From Vicugna vicugna (lineage: Eukaryota), in the NCBI GenBank assembly GCA_013265495.1, contig MU057640.1, positions 1,063,303-1,127,302 on the forward strand: DNA of 64,000 nucleotides, given 5' to 3'. Below the pieces are notes generated by a model. That model ran no database searches, was not told where the DNA came from, and saw nothing but the letters and a program-made list of their open reading frames with translations. Below, piece after piece: positions 1 to 12,355 of the stretch; position 1 is the first letter of the stretch; each line of letters opens with the position of its first letter. Both the position numbers and the translations under genes were made by a program.

Positions 1-769
1 GAAATAAGGGGCATTAGCAGTTGAAGATGAATCAAAAATGGAAGTAAATTTTCTCCAAAATTATCAAATAATTTAATGAGAAAACAGAATATGATTTAGA
101 AATGCAACCTCTCCTGATGACCATCTTACTATCCACTTGAGAGAGAAATAAAAATATAAAGCTAAGAACAGAAAACAGTTAAGCCCTCCTGTATATGATG
201 CAGGACAGAAACCACTGAGGACACAGTGGAAAACTGGGAAAAACCATATCCAGCATGTAGATCCTCAGAAAAACCAGCTTTCTCTCTACCCTGGTACAGA
301 TGCAGTAATACGTACCATTTATATTGCTGAGCATTTCCTCTTAAATGTTGCATATCTTCATCAATAGCTGGCATTTGTTAAATTGTTATAAAGGTACTAA
401 TTTCCAGTTTCAGGAAATGCTCCCTACTACACAACTTTTCTCTTTGTTATGGTGGGCAGCACCTTCTCCATTCTACCCACAAGCTGTCAATCATTTCTCT
501 GCAAAGATCTTGATTTAATTCCTGCAGTCTTTTGGAAACAAACATCTTAAATGATTCCAGCAGATACTGTTAAATTTAGAGGGTGATTAGGATTAACTCT
601 GAAATAAAACTTTGGAACAAAAAATTAAACAAAACCAACCAGACACCAAAGGTAGGCTGGTACTAGGCAAAATCTGATTTCATTTCATTTCTTAGCCCCC
701 TACCTATGCTTCTGAGATAGAAAATATCCAATAATAGTCATATTTTTTAAATCAGTTGTGTATTTAAAA

Positions 770-1015
770 TAATAACAATAAATATTTACTTTGTGCCAAA
801 CACTACTGTAAGCATTTTACATACATTTACTCATTTTATCCTCAGGACAACACTGTGAGATGGAGATACTGTCATCATCATCACCCCCATTTTACGGATG
901 AAGAAACCGAGCCACGTTGACATTGCAACTTGCCAAGGTTACAAATCTAATGAGTGGCAGAGCCAGGATTTGAACCCAGTTAGTCTGAATGTGGCACCCA
1001 CATAATTAACTACTA
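770..1015 (-). mobile_element. MIR SINE
   Basis: Reverse complement of the MIR core and head (cccattttacggatgaagaaaccgag...cttgccaaggttaca...ggcagagccaggatttgaacccag). Confidence 0.9.
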
Positions 1016-1017
1016 TC

Positions 1018-1193
1018 AAGTAATCCTAAAATGTATGCACACATTAGAAGCATTTGGGGAGATTTTAAAATTGCTGGTGCCCCAGGCTACATCCAGACCA
1101 GATACGGTACAGTTTCTGGGAATGACTCCCAGGCTGCAGTATTTTTAAAGCTCTCCAGGTAGGTCCAACATGCAGCCAAATTTGAGACCCACA
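1018..1193. mobile_element. MER5-family hAT-Charlie MITE
   Basis: Typical MER5 motifs: cccaggctacatccagacc ... gtatttttaaagctctccaggt ... atgcagccaaatttgagacccac. Confidence 0.7.
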
Positions 1194-1544
1194 GCATGAT
1201 GCTATACTCCTCTAATGATTGCAAGGCTAACCTTAACTCTAATGGGATGCAGCTTAATATGTTTTGACGTGAACCTTAACATCCATTTGAAACTAACTTA
1301 ATGGGTAAATCGTATATTAAGCTGCTAATTGAGTGGAGGACTGGTGATTACCTGAAAGAACTGTAAACCACTGCTTTCTCAGAACAGAGCTTCTACCTCC
1401 TAATTTAAAACAAATCAAGCTTCCCAAAGAGGAGGGCATTAAAGGAGCAAATGTGTGAATATGGGCTGATGGGTTACAGCAGCACTAGAAGAACTAATTA
1501 TGCTGCCCACCACCCTAACACCATTCTCTCTTTAAACGCTTCTC

Positions 1545-2032
1545 ATATGTACTGGCTATATGTGTTTATATATATGCACATATGTTTACATATATACTTG
1601 TATCTCCACACACAGTCTCATGAGTATACCTGTACCACATAGTCTCATATACACACACAGAGTCATATATATACACATAGTCATCTATATGTCTATATAT
1701 AGTCTCATATATATACATATACACAGTTTCACACCTACACACACCTAGAGGCTTACATATACACACAGAGAGTCATATATATACATATAGTCATATATAC
1801 ATGCCTATACACAGTCTCATATATATACTGACATATACGGAGTCTCATATATATACACACACAGTCTCATATATTTGCCTATATGTACAGTCTGTTATGT
1901 ATACCACATATAGAGTCTCACATAACATACATATACACACACAGTCTCATGTACATATCTGTATAAGTAGAGTCTCATACCTACATACACAGAGTCTCGT
2001 ACATATATATCTGTATACACACACATACATAT
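1545..2032. repeat. Degenerate TA/CA-rich minisatellite, unit about CACACAGTCTCATATATATA
   Basis: The AGTC(TC)AT core recurs more than 10 times between (TA)n/(CA)n runs. It explains the His/Tyr/Ile-rich ORFs here. Confidence 0.9.
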
Positions 2033-2194
2033 GATTCCTGTGAAGTAAGCTAAGCACTGAAGCTGGCTTTTGCCTAGCGGTCACTTGTCTAATTCCAGGT
2101 TTGAGCTTTGGTTTAAGGTCCAGCGGCGGAACCACAACAAACAGGGAAGTGCTGAAATGCAGCTTCACCCAGCCACCTGCCCACGTGCGGGGGG

Positions 2195-2232
2195 CTCCCC
2201 CACCACCACCACCACCAGCACCACCGCCACGA
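2195..2232. repeat. (CAC)n trinucleotide repeat
   Basis: caccaccaccaccaccagcaccaccgccac. Confidence 0.85.
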
Positions 2233-2459
2233 ACAACACACAGATGAGCGCCAGGAGGCCTGCCAGTCCCAAATCTTGGCCAGGGATGGCAGAGAAAAGG
2301 AAAAGCCGACCCTCAGATTCCATTGCAACAAACCAAAACCCATGTGAGTTTGCAGCACAAATTCATACAACAAGCAGGGTTCCCCAAAACCCTGAGGCAG
2401 AGCATTGAATAGTCAGGGTGATAGTCAGACATACGTCAGGCACACAGTGCTTGAGAGCA

Positions 2460-2695
2460 AAGTTTTGTTTGTTTGGTTGGTTGATTTTTTTCAGATTGAC
2501 GCAGAGACTCAACAGGAGGCAAAACCTGGCCTTCACTGTCGTCTTTATCCCACTTCCTGTGAATATTCGCTTCGCCTCAGAAACCCTAGCTGTGCTTGAT
2601 TTGAAAGCGCCGCATCAGACCCCGCGAAGATCCCAAAAACCCTGAATTCCAAAATACACCTGTTCCGGAGGTTTGGGGTGAAGGGCTATGGACCC
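2460..2695. mobile_element. TcMar-Tigger MITE remnant (MER46C-like)
   Basis: The right end ctgaattccaaaatacacctgttccggaggtttggggtgaagggctatggacc resembles the MER46C terminal region as I recall it. Confidence 0.45.
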
Positions 2696-2864
2696 TCGGT
2701 GCTTTTCTTCATTCTTGGACTAATTGGAGATTTTGTGGTCTTTTTAAAAACATGTCTGTAAAGCCTAAGAACACCGGGAGTGGAAAAGAAAATGTAATTA
2801 TTCAGAAGCATAATAATTATTCTGTCTCAAAAACTATTTTTTTCTCAGGAAATTAAGTACTTAC

Positions 2865-2908
2865 GTAAAATCCCAAGCCATTGCTCACTTGGGGTTTTAT
2901 TTTTTTAC
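2865..2908 (-). other. Candidate 44-nt exon
   Basis: Minus strand: tgttattttgtcttcAG|GTAAAAAAAT...GGATTTTAC|GTAAGT. Lies in repeat-free DNA. Confidence 0.35.
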
Positions 2909-3246
2909 CTGAAGACAAAATAACACTGACCCAATTCCAGCGTTTAAGTGGAGAGCCACTGAGCGTCTTCCAGGCAGAACCTTTTCCTTGGACTCTTTGA
3001 GAAGAGATGGATGCCAAATTAGCTTAAAACCAGCTTAAAAACACTTTTGACAAGATTAAATAAAATATGTCCATATAAAATGTAATTCTTATGAATTTGC
3101 ATTATCTTGTTATTTAAAGAAAACACAATCTCAGTGACACCAAAATGACCAATTGAGCTTGAAGTAGTAACATACAGAGCTAAATACAGAACTAAAAACC
3201 TGTAGAAAACTCTTTGGTCCCATATAGGGTTTTGCCAAACTGTTAC

Positions 3247-3273
3247 CTGCTTTTGATTCTCAAAGCATGGGAC
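3247..3273 (-). other. Candidate 27-nt microexon
   Basis: Minus strand: ttttacctttgcggtcttgtctctccAG|GTCCCATGCTTTGAGAATCAAAAGCAG|GTAACA. Confidence 0.4.
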
Positions 3274-3457
3274 CTGGAGAGACAAGACCGCAAAGGTAAA
3301 ATCTCCAGTGACCTGTTTCATCCCAACAGTCAAACCACACACCTTCGGAGATTAAAGTACATACTTTCAAGGCAGCGATTAAATGGTCGCATCAGGCACA
3401 GCTGCATTTGTTCTTTTGAGATCCCTGTGCGTTTTATGGAGGACTTTTAAACCTCAC

Positions 3458-3513
3458 CTGCACAGAAAGAAGAACTACTCCCAAACGTTTATGGTAGACA
3501 TTCTCACCCCAGT
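3458..3513 (-). other. Candidate 56-nt exon
   Basis: Minus strand: taactgtctgtttacAG|ACTGGGG...TCTGTGCAG|GTGAGG. Open in one frame only (xWGENVYHKRLGVVLLSVQ). Confidence 0.35.
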
Positions 3514-5099
3514 CTGTAAACAGACAGTTAACATACCAGTCAACAGACAGAGGCACGAGTTAATAATGAGGGCCACTTTCAAAAGCCACTGATGCACAGG
3601 TGTCTTCCCCTCCCTCTTCCTTTTAAAATGGTCAGTTTCAAAACCCTCAATGTCAGGAGAGGCTCTGTCAAAGGTTTGAAAGTAAAGAAACACCCTGACG
3701 ATCCCAGTGACTTTTGAGGCTTGTTGTTGCCGTCTGAAGGATAAGAGGGGTATGCTGCTATGAAGATGATTCTAAAAGGGAGAAACTCTACTGGGAAGTC
3801 AAGCGTGCGTAAATTAAGCAATGAGTAGCCTCACCCTAACTCTGCCAAATTAAACCAAAATGGTCATATTAAGACTAAAGATATTATGCACCACCAGTTC
3901 ACCCCAAAACATATATTATTGTAAGAACCAATCTAAAACCATTTCAAAAAATAGTTGTTGTATTTCTGGGATAAAGCCCCTAAGAGATCTACAAGTCTTG
4001 ACCGGTAAACCATTTAATAACAACCAGTGATGCAGGGAAAAAACAAAATCTGTAACCCTGACTCCACTCCCCTCAACAGAATAAAATAGACAGAGAAGTG
4101 GGAAACCAAAATAAAACCCATGCTGAATGCTGAGATAACATTTTCAAAGTATACCAGCTGAATATTTAATAAAAGTAGCAATTATCACATTTCAGTTTCA
4201 ATTCAGAAGGCTCTACTTCTAGGCAACATATGTTAATCATCAGTAAAATTTATCCTAAAAACACAATGTATGTGAGAATGCTTACAGTCACTTTTCAATA
4301 AATGTGAAATGAGCCTGACTATTGTAATAGTTGTACGTCCAAGACACTGAAAAAAAAAATAATGGCAAGATTTATCTGTGATATTAAATATATTTACACA
4401 CATATACATAACAAATTTCACAACTGCCGTATCTTTGATGAGAACATTTTTACATTCCCAAAGCAAGTTTTCTTAATTCACTGATGCTTTGTGAGATAAA
4501 TACACACGACATATCCTCAGGAGGGAGATTTCTTTATGTGTTATTATTTAACAGTCAAGTAGATGACATCTTTTCAATGACCTCTCATTTGTGACACACC
4601 AAAGCTTCTTTTGTTGTGCCAACCAAGACCCTCTATTCCAATTTTATCTCCTTATGTGAAGCTCGATGGCTTAACTGAAATGACACCCCTGCAAATCCAG
4701 CCTGTCAGTTAAACGGCAACAAAGCAGTGAAATTCAGTAGAATCCAACAATCACTAAGTATTCAGTTCTGCTTTCTCACTCATCTCCTTTTATGGGTGAA
4801 GACACAGAAATAGTTGCCTAATTTTCACGACTTACCCAAGAATATCAGGGTGAATATCCCGATACAAAATGAGTTGAAGTCATATTTGAAAAATGCATTT
4901 TTCCCCAGCCATGCAACAGAAGTAAGTAATTTCTTTTTTAAATGTCTCTTTTTGAGATTCAGCTTGAGGAAAGCTGCCAACTTCTTATTTCAAAAGTGTT
5001 TCCAGCTCATTCCCTCTAATGCCCCATTTTCAACAGTTCGATGTCAGTGGCCCCGGAATCCATTGACTTGATCACCTTTCCATGGTCCATCACAGCCTC

Positions 5100-7110
5100 C
5101 TTGTCATCCCGCCTGGGCTGCCACGTTACACAATACTCCCACCCCTGCATTTGTCCCCAGTCCACCTTGGCCTCTTTCTGCTTCCATATTATTCTGTCAG
5201 CAAAATTATAACCCTCATTAAATACAATAATCCTTGGATTCTCTCCCTATCCCGGAGAAACTGACCCAATCCAGAGAAAATAAACAACTACACTGGTTGG
5301 TTTTGCTTAAAGATCAGGCACTAATCTCAAAAGGCTTTCAGCTCTGCCTAAGGGTCTTACCACACTTTCCTGAGCAACTCACACTCCAACCGCTAGAAAA
5401 CTATTTTATACTTTCTACCTCTTCCTCACACTCAGCTGATGATGGATTCTTATTTTTCTCAGAAAACAGGAGGAAGCAAAAGATGACACTGCGTCTCCCT
5501 ACAACTGTGTATACTCACCTGTTCAAATCTGGAACATTCGACGCCTTAGCTCTAGCTAAAGGGGCTGATCCACGACTTGACACACCAGATCTCATGCTCT
5601 TCTGCCTGCTTAAGGAGATCCTCTGTCAATTCCTGTCTCTCTGCTCAGTAACTCCCATCAGTTTTCAAACATGCTATAGTGATTCCCATCTTAAAAAAAA
5701 ATAAGCTAAATATTTCTAACCTCACATCCTAGATAGCTACTCTCCCCCCATTACCCCCATAGAAAAAAATCTCTCAAGAATTCTGTGTCCTGTCCCCGTT
5801 TCCTCATTTCTCATCCTCACCTGAACCAATTCCAGCCAGGCTTTTTCCCACAACCAACTACCGACGCTGATATTGCCAACGTTACCATGATCTCATGCCG
5901 CTATACCCAGTGTTCAAGTCACAGTCAAGGCCTTCAGCCACTCAGGAGCATCCCATGATTCTTCACGCCTCCCTCGTTTTTGGAACTCTCTTCTTGTAGC
6001 TTTGGGACACATCACTTGCCCGACTGTCCTCCTGTCCTCAATGGCTGTTCCTTCTTGGTCCCCTTTAGTGGTTCCTCTTCAGCTCCTCAACTTCTAAATC
6101 TTGGGCCCCAGGACTCAGTCCTCAGGCATCTCCTCTTGGCCCACTACACTCATTCTGTTAGGGATCTCATCCAACCTTGTGGATTTAAATCCACCTACCA
6201 ACTGAACACCAAACCTTATTCCTCTAGCCTTAACCTCTTCCCAGAACTCCAGGCTTATAGATGCAATGGCCACCTTTTCTCAAACAGGTAACAACATCAT
6301 CTCAAACATTCTCCTCATCTATGAAAATGGCATCATTATTCAGCCCAATGCTCAGGCCACAGTCCACATCCAGTCAGAAAATCCTAACAGCAATACTTCC
6401 AAAATATATTCAGAATCCAACACTTCTTACCGCCATCACTTATCAAATGCATTTAAGCCCCACTATCTCCCACTTGGACTCATGCATAAGTCTCCTAACC
6501 TATCTTCCTGTTTGTTCTCTTGCCCTCTATGGACTACTCTGGGGTCTTCCACTTAAAACATCAAGCAGATCATGGCTCTCCCACATTCAAAACCCTGACG
6601 GCTTCCCACCAGATGTAGGAAAGACCCAGAAGGTTTATCTGGCTGCTGGTCACCTCCTTGGCTTCCTCTCCTTCCAGTTTCTCCCCAGCCACACTGGCCT
6701 CCTTGCTATTCTCCAAATAGCCTACAGTGTCCCTGCCTCGGGTCTGCATAATCGCTATTTCTGTAATCTGAAACACTCTTCCCCAGGGTATTCACAGGGA
6801 TTTTTCCATCACTTCCTTTAATTTCTTGCTCAAATGTCACCTTCTCAAAGAGGACTTTCCTGACCTATCTAAAACATGCATCTTACCATTCTCTATCCCA
6901 ACTTCCTGCTTAATTTGCCTCCAAAGAGCTCAGTCACGAATGCCATGTTGTTTCTTTATTTATTTACATATTTCTTCCTCAACTCCCTCACTAAGAAGCA
7001 AGGTTCATGAAGTTAGAGACTCTGTTTTGTGCTTCATTGTACCCATAGCATCTAGAGCTGGGTGTGGTTCATACCAGATGCCCAAAAATGTTTGCTGAAT
7101 GAATTATCAA
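5100..7110 (+). mobile_element. Long L2 LINE remnant (ORF2 RT region to 3' end)
   Basis: Decayed RT motifs: a QSGF...STETAL...VTNDL-like stretch at ~5830-5895 and a PQGSVLGPLLF-like stretch at ~6105-6140. L2 tail tgtttgctgaatgaat at ~7090. Confidence 0.85.
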
Positions 7111-7849
7111 TTAAAGTAATGAACAAATTACCGACTTAACCAATATTAGCTATGAGTATGTGTAGTCAGGCAGGCTGTCCCCACACACCAAAAAAGATAA
7201 AGTACAGTTTTGATTAATAGATGCCATCAAAGCAAGTCTGTACTGTTTTAAAGATTTCTATTTTGTTTCCTAGGTGGATAATCAGATAGAATAACAGAGA
7301 GATAACTCATAATTGGTCCTCTTACCCCTATTTTCAGATTAAACATATCATGCATCCACTAGCTAATTACCAGCAAATCCTGATCCTCTGTATAGGTGTT
7401 TTGATCAATGGTGATCTGAAAAATCTCATTTTTTTTAAAAAAAGTTACTTTTCTCAGTTGAGATTAGGGTCTCAAGGATATGCTCAAAAGCTCAATCTTA
7501 TGCTACAATAAGCTTCTCTCTTACTCGGTAATAACTGAGGCTAAATAAGGGATGCAGTGAACTGCCTAGTTCTTTCTTGATTATGCAAAATGCATCTTCT
7601 CTGCCCAATTAGATCACAAGCTCCCTGAGCATGAGGATATTTCTGTGGTTACACTGGGTATGCCAAATCACAGTCCCTTATCTCAGCAAAATGCCAACAA
7701 CAGAATATTGCTTAAGACACTTGTCTAATACAGGTTAGCTACAATTCAATTCATCATGGTCAGTTATGGACCCAGAAAGATAGAGTTTCCATCCCAACAC
7801 TGGCTTTCATAATCACCGTGGCAATGAATGTGGTGGATGATGTACCAGT

Positions 7850-7945
7850 TCTTAAAGCTGCCAACCCTTTGCTCACATTTCATTGGCCAAAGAAAGTCAT
7901 GTGGCTCCTTCCTACCTTCAAAGGAGGAGGGAAGGTGAAACGCTA
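7850..7945. mobile_element. MLT1 (MaLR) LTR fragment
   Basis: gctcacatttcattggccaaagaaagtcatgtggc is a typical old MLT1 LTR motif. Confidence 0.5.
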
Positions 7946-8047
7946 CAGTCCTGCCGGGATATCTGCAGCCTTTATGACTGCCACATTCCCCTCCCCGAGT
8001 CTTGAATAATAATTTACAAAATAGCAGGTAAAGGCATTCTTATTTAC

Positions 8048-8117
8048 CTCATACATTCTCCCCAGTCACATGTGTGAACATACAAATAGAAAACCCCAAC
8101 CCCTGGTGGCAAAATCC
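8048..8117 (-). other. Candidate 70-nt exon (probably 5' UTR)
   Basis: Long polypyrimidine tract ttctttccttccttcctttcttctttccAG, donor GAG|GTAAAT. Stops occur in two of three frames. Confidence 0.45.
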
Positions 8118-9050
8118 CTGGAAAGAAGAAAGGAAGGAAGGAAAGAATTCATAGTTCAAAAATAAAAAGCAAAAGCAAACAAAGCTACACCTCCTAGGAG
8201 TTTCACAACAGCAACCCAAAGCTTCCACCACCAATGCGCGAAATTTATTGGCGAATAAAACACAAGCAAACAAAACTCTGCTGACGCTTCCTTGGTAATG
8301 CTTCTGATTTTGTAGGCACTCGATGTAAGCTTTTTCCTGGCTATAATCCAGGTTTAGCTGCACTCTATTTGGATAAAAATGAGCACTGACCTCAGATGAT
8401 TTCAAATTCAGTTAAAGATGGACCAGAAGCCAAAGGAACAAGATAAGATTAATAAATAGCTAAAAAGTGTTGGTGTCTACACAGAGATTTGTACATGACA
8501 GACTAAGTACTCTTCACAAGAAAATGACAGATATAACAGATAAAATGAAAGTAGAGGAATATCTGCAGCATTCCAGTCTTTATAGTTCAAGTTATATAAA
8601 AGCATATGGATTGTGGTTTAAAAAAAAAGTCTAAGTGTGTGTGTGGGGTGGACAGGAATGCTAAATATAAAGAAAAGATGATGTGCAATCATGGAAATGA
8701 AGAGTAAATGCTTGCAAGGAAATTATTTTATATACAAAGTAAGTTTATCACAAAGCTTTCATGTTATTTACATCAAATATGGCCATAAACACTTGCCCAA
8801 CCTCTTCATTCACCCAAGAAGAGAGTCTAAATCATCGCAGGTCCAATGGAGAGGGATGCAGTAACTGATGCCCCTTTGTGTGCCTGGCCCAGGGTCCCCT
8901 CACAGCATAGGATGTTGGTGGGTAAACAAGAGAAAACTCTCAATGCATCTGCACAGTCATGCTTCTTCCATCATGGAGACCTATTCAAAGTGTGCAATTT
9001 AGGCAAACGAGGAAGTAGATGGCTGAACAACACACACATAAAAGCAGAAG

Positions 9051-9459
9051 TGTCTTAGTCTGCTCTGGCTGTCATAACCAAATCCACAGACTAGGTGGCT
9101 TAACGAACAGAAACTTATTTGCTCACAGTTCTGGAGGCTGGATGGTCCAGATCAAGCTCCAGTGAAAGCCGTCTTCCTGGGGTACAGATGGACTCTCTCC
9201 CACTACGTCTTCACTTGGTCTTTCCTCTCTGCTCAAACAGAGATCTCAGTCTCTCTCTCTCTCCCTCCTTCCCCACCAACTCCCTTATAAAATCACCAAG
9301 CCCATCATGAGGGCCCCAACCTCATGACCTCATAATCTAACCCTAATCACCTCCCAAAGGCCCCATCTCCAAATACTATCCCACCGGGGACTGGAGGTTC
9401 AACATACTAATTGGGGTGGGGGTGGGGGTAAGTGAGACACAAACATTTAGTCCATAACA
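9051..9459 (-). mobile_element. MLT1A-like MaLR solo LTR
   Basis: TG...CA termini (tgtcttagtc...tccataaca), hallmark cacagttctggaggctgg, and a 5-bp TSD-like pair agaag/agagg. Confidence 0.9.
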
Positions 9460-9854
9460 AGAGGTAGCATACGCCATGACTGGGTGACAACATGGACTCT
9501 TCTCTGACGCATGGGTTCAAAACACAGCACCAGGTTTAAAACAATATGGTACATTGTTTTAAGTGCCAGGGCACCTCACAGTTAAGTGAGAGCACACAAG
9601 TAAGAGAAAGCGGACCTCGTTCAGCTTCTGAGTGGACCAACACATGACAAGTTCTCATCAATCTCTCCCAAAGTCCCTGATCTTCTTTCAGGGTAAATCT
9701 TTCTAAATTGCATTAGAAGAATTCTGAACGATGGAACCGACGCATGTATACAAGGCTTCCAAACAAAGACACTGTAAAAGCTGGCAACTGCCATCCTCTC
9801 TGATTCCCAAGGTCCCTGAGAAAAGAATATTGAAAATAAATCCATTTGTGAGCC

Positions 9855-10060
9855 GCCAACATAAATTAACTACTTACTTCATGCTTGGAACTGGGTTAAT
9901 TGCTTTTTTAGATGCAGTATAATGTAATATTCATAATAGTCCATTTTGCAGATTAAAAAACTGAGGACCAGGAACGTTAGATCATTGTGAAACATCACCA
10001 AGTCAAAAATATGAGAATCAGGTCTCAAACAACGAGCTTTCAACCACAAAGCCATCTTTG
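9855..10060 (-). mobile_element. MIR SINE
   Basis: ccattttgcagattaaaaaactgagg core. Confidence 0.7.
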
Positions 10061-10074
10061 GGCTGGATAACAAT

Positions 10075-10330
10075 TGGTTGCACCACTAACTAGCTACAAG
10101 GCCATAAGCAAGTGACTTCCTCTCTTTGGAATTCAGTTTCTTCATTGGTAAAGTGAGAGAATTAGACTGTGTGATCACTAATTCAGTTTTCCTTTCTCAA
10201 GGTTTATGATTACTTTTAAATAACACTGGGCTAAAAACAAAAAACAAAAAACACTTCATACACTCACCTCATAGAGGCTGTTACAAAGGGTAAATGAGTT
10301 AATGGATGCAAAAATAATGCTTTGAATGAT
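10075..10330 (+). mobile_element. MIR SINE fragments
   Basis: ccactaactagct...caagtgacttcctctct...tcagtttcttcatt; ctcatagaggctgttacaaagggtaaatgagttaat. Confidence 0.7.
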
Positions 10331-11099
10331 GAATAATCACATGACTTTGGCATATGCCATCATCATTTCATGACCAAAGAAGGGCCTCTCCATCAATTCT
10401 AACCAGCCCTCAAAATATTTAACATCAGGAACGCTGGAAAGAGAATGAGGATGAGCGAAACCTCCCATTAAAGGAAAACCACTGAGAAACACAGGCTTGA
10501 TTGGCAGCTGTTTCGCTGCACAGACTTCAAAGAAGATTTTCTGAAGATGGATATTCTAACGCCACTTTTTAAGACCCTTGTTGAAGCTTCAGCATATCTC
10601 AGAAAACTGGATTGATTACAGCCATGCCTTCTGCATGTCAATAGCTGTGCTCTGGAAATAGTCACGTGGAAGATGACAAGCAAAAAAAAAAGTTGTGAGC
10701 TGACAATATGACAACCAGCATCATCTATCAAGAGAAGCAAACATTTTCATCACCGCGGAAAGAGTGGCAGCTGCTCAGAGATGGCACTGCAGCCTCGTGG
10801 CATCCAGAGACGCCCCACCCTGAAGCGGAACCCAGTGAAGAGGTTAGCATATCCTTCAAGAGACTTGGAGACAGTGTGCGGAGTAAGTCCAGCATTCATT
10901 GCCAAGTTAGATGGAAATTCTGCAAAGAATGAAATTCTAACTTTCTGAACATATGGAGAACTTGGAGAGATCATGGGTGACAGGACTGTTTCTCAAGCAG
11001 CTGACTTCGTACTACATACGAGTATTAAGAAGTACAAAAAAAGTACATTCCAAGGCCCCAAAAGGAATGAAGCCTTTTGGAAGTCATTCAAGGAGAATT

Positions 11100-11435
11100 C
11101 ACTGCCCATGCAACTCAATGGCACTATTCACAGTAGCCAAGGCATGGAAAGAACCTAAGTGTCCATCAACAGATGAAAAGATAAAGAAGATGTGTGATAG
11201 ATACATATACATATACACACAGTGGAATATTATTCAGTCATAAAAATGAAGGAAATCTTGTCATTTGCAACAACACAGATGAGTCTTAAGGGCATTATGC
11301 TAAGTGAAATAAGTTGGACATAGAAAGATAAATGCTGTATCTCACTTATATGTGAAATCTACACAAAAACCAAAAACAAACAAACAAACAAACAAAACAG
11401 GCTCATAGATACAGAGAACAGGTTGGGGGTTGCAG
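11100..11435 (+). mobile_element. L1 3' fragment
   Basis: End of ORF2 (ALFTVAKAWKEPKCPSTDE) followed by 3' UTR. Confidence 0.9.
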
Positions 11436-12177
11436 GCACATAACCACCGAGCCTATGCCACCCTGCTTGAAGCAGCTACAGATACAAGCTGGAATGTCCT
11501 CCTGATACATCACACGGTCCAGACACAAAGGTGCCCACAGTAGCAAACATTCCTTACATACAAAGGAGATATATCACAATGCCAACATATATGATGGCCC
11601 TGCATTTATTACAGGTAACATGAGAAGGAGATGTAATTACTGAGACTGATTACAAGGTCTTTCTGGCAAAATACGGACACAAACCTCATCATGCTGTTTC
11701 CTTGACAAGCTACCATCTGCTCACAAGTGGAATGGAAACTTAAATGCACATTGTGTTTCGTGTAGATACACACAGCTGTATTACAGATGGTCACAGATGT
11801 AATACAATATGAACATGATTTCAAATACATAGGCCAAAGGCCCAGATTTCATGGTAGAGTCCTAATCTGGGGAAGGGAACAAACACTGAATACCAGTTTT
11901 TAAAATGTGCACAGAAATACTTCCAGCCCCTTGTACATGAATTTAGAAATAATTCTTAATGTTGCCTGGAAGTCACCGTCAACTGAAGCCATAGTTGAGG
12001 ACCTAGTAAGAACGAAAATACAGTACATTTGATTTTCTTTCAAGCTCAGCTTTTAATGAGAAAGTCTCCCGGTACAGTTTTCTCAGAAAAACTAATCTAT
12101 CTCAAAATAAAAATCAAGGGTCCTGAGCCAATGGCAGGCAAGTAAACATTTTTAGCCTTGTCGTTGCTGATCTTCGG

Positions 12178-12355
12178 GGATGGCAGGTGTCCCAGAGGAG
12201 GTTATTTATACATAAGTAACGCGCAACACTTTCACTATACAAAAAGCCAAATCCCGTAAAGGCACGAAGTCACTCTGCTCCTCCAAGATTAGCCACAGGC
12301 ACCCGAAGTAGACCTCAATCACTCTGACTGCCCAGTAGCCCCCAGCCTTTATTGG
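12178..12355 (-). promoter_or_regulatory. Candidate TATA promoter with CArG box
   Basis: Minus-strand TATAAATA at 12210-12203, pyrimidine-flanked A at 12181 (29 nt downstream), E-box CAGGTG at 12184-12189, perfect CArG CCTTTATTGG at 12346-12355. Confidence 0.35.

Noticed and set aside
316..367. Possible 52-nt minus-strand exon / ORF MPAIDEDMQHL...
   Set aside because: The donor ATG|GTACGT is plausible, but the acceptor lacks a pyrimidine tract and the peptide is not recognised.
1451..2168. Overlapping His/Tyr/Ile/Cys-rich ORFs
   Set aside because: These are translations of the TA/CA minisatellite.
5234..7098. Long ORFs of 156 and 186 aa
   Set aside because: They lie within a decayed L2 element.
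3498..8067. Shared motif acattctc(ac)cccagtc in two candidate exons (3498-3514 and 8053-8067)
   Set aside because: Only about 15 nt with an indel and no flanking similarity, so compatible with chance.
10468..10740. 90-aa minus-strand ORF with a tatttccAG acceptor
   Set aside because: No convincing donor and no recognisable protein similarity.
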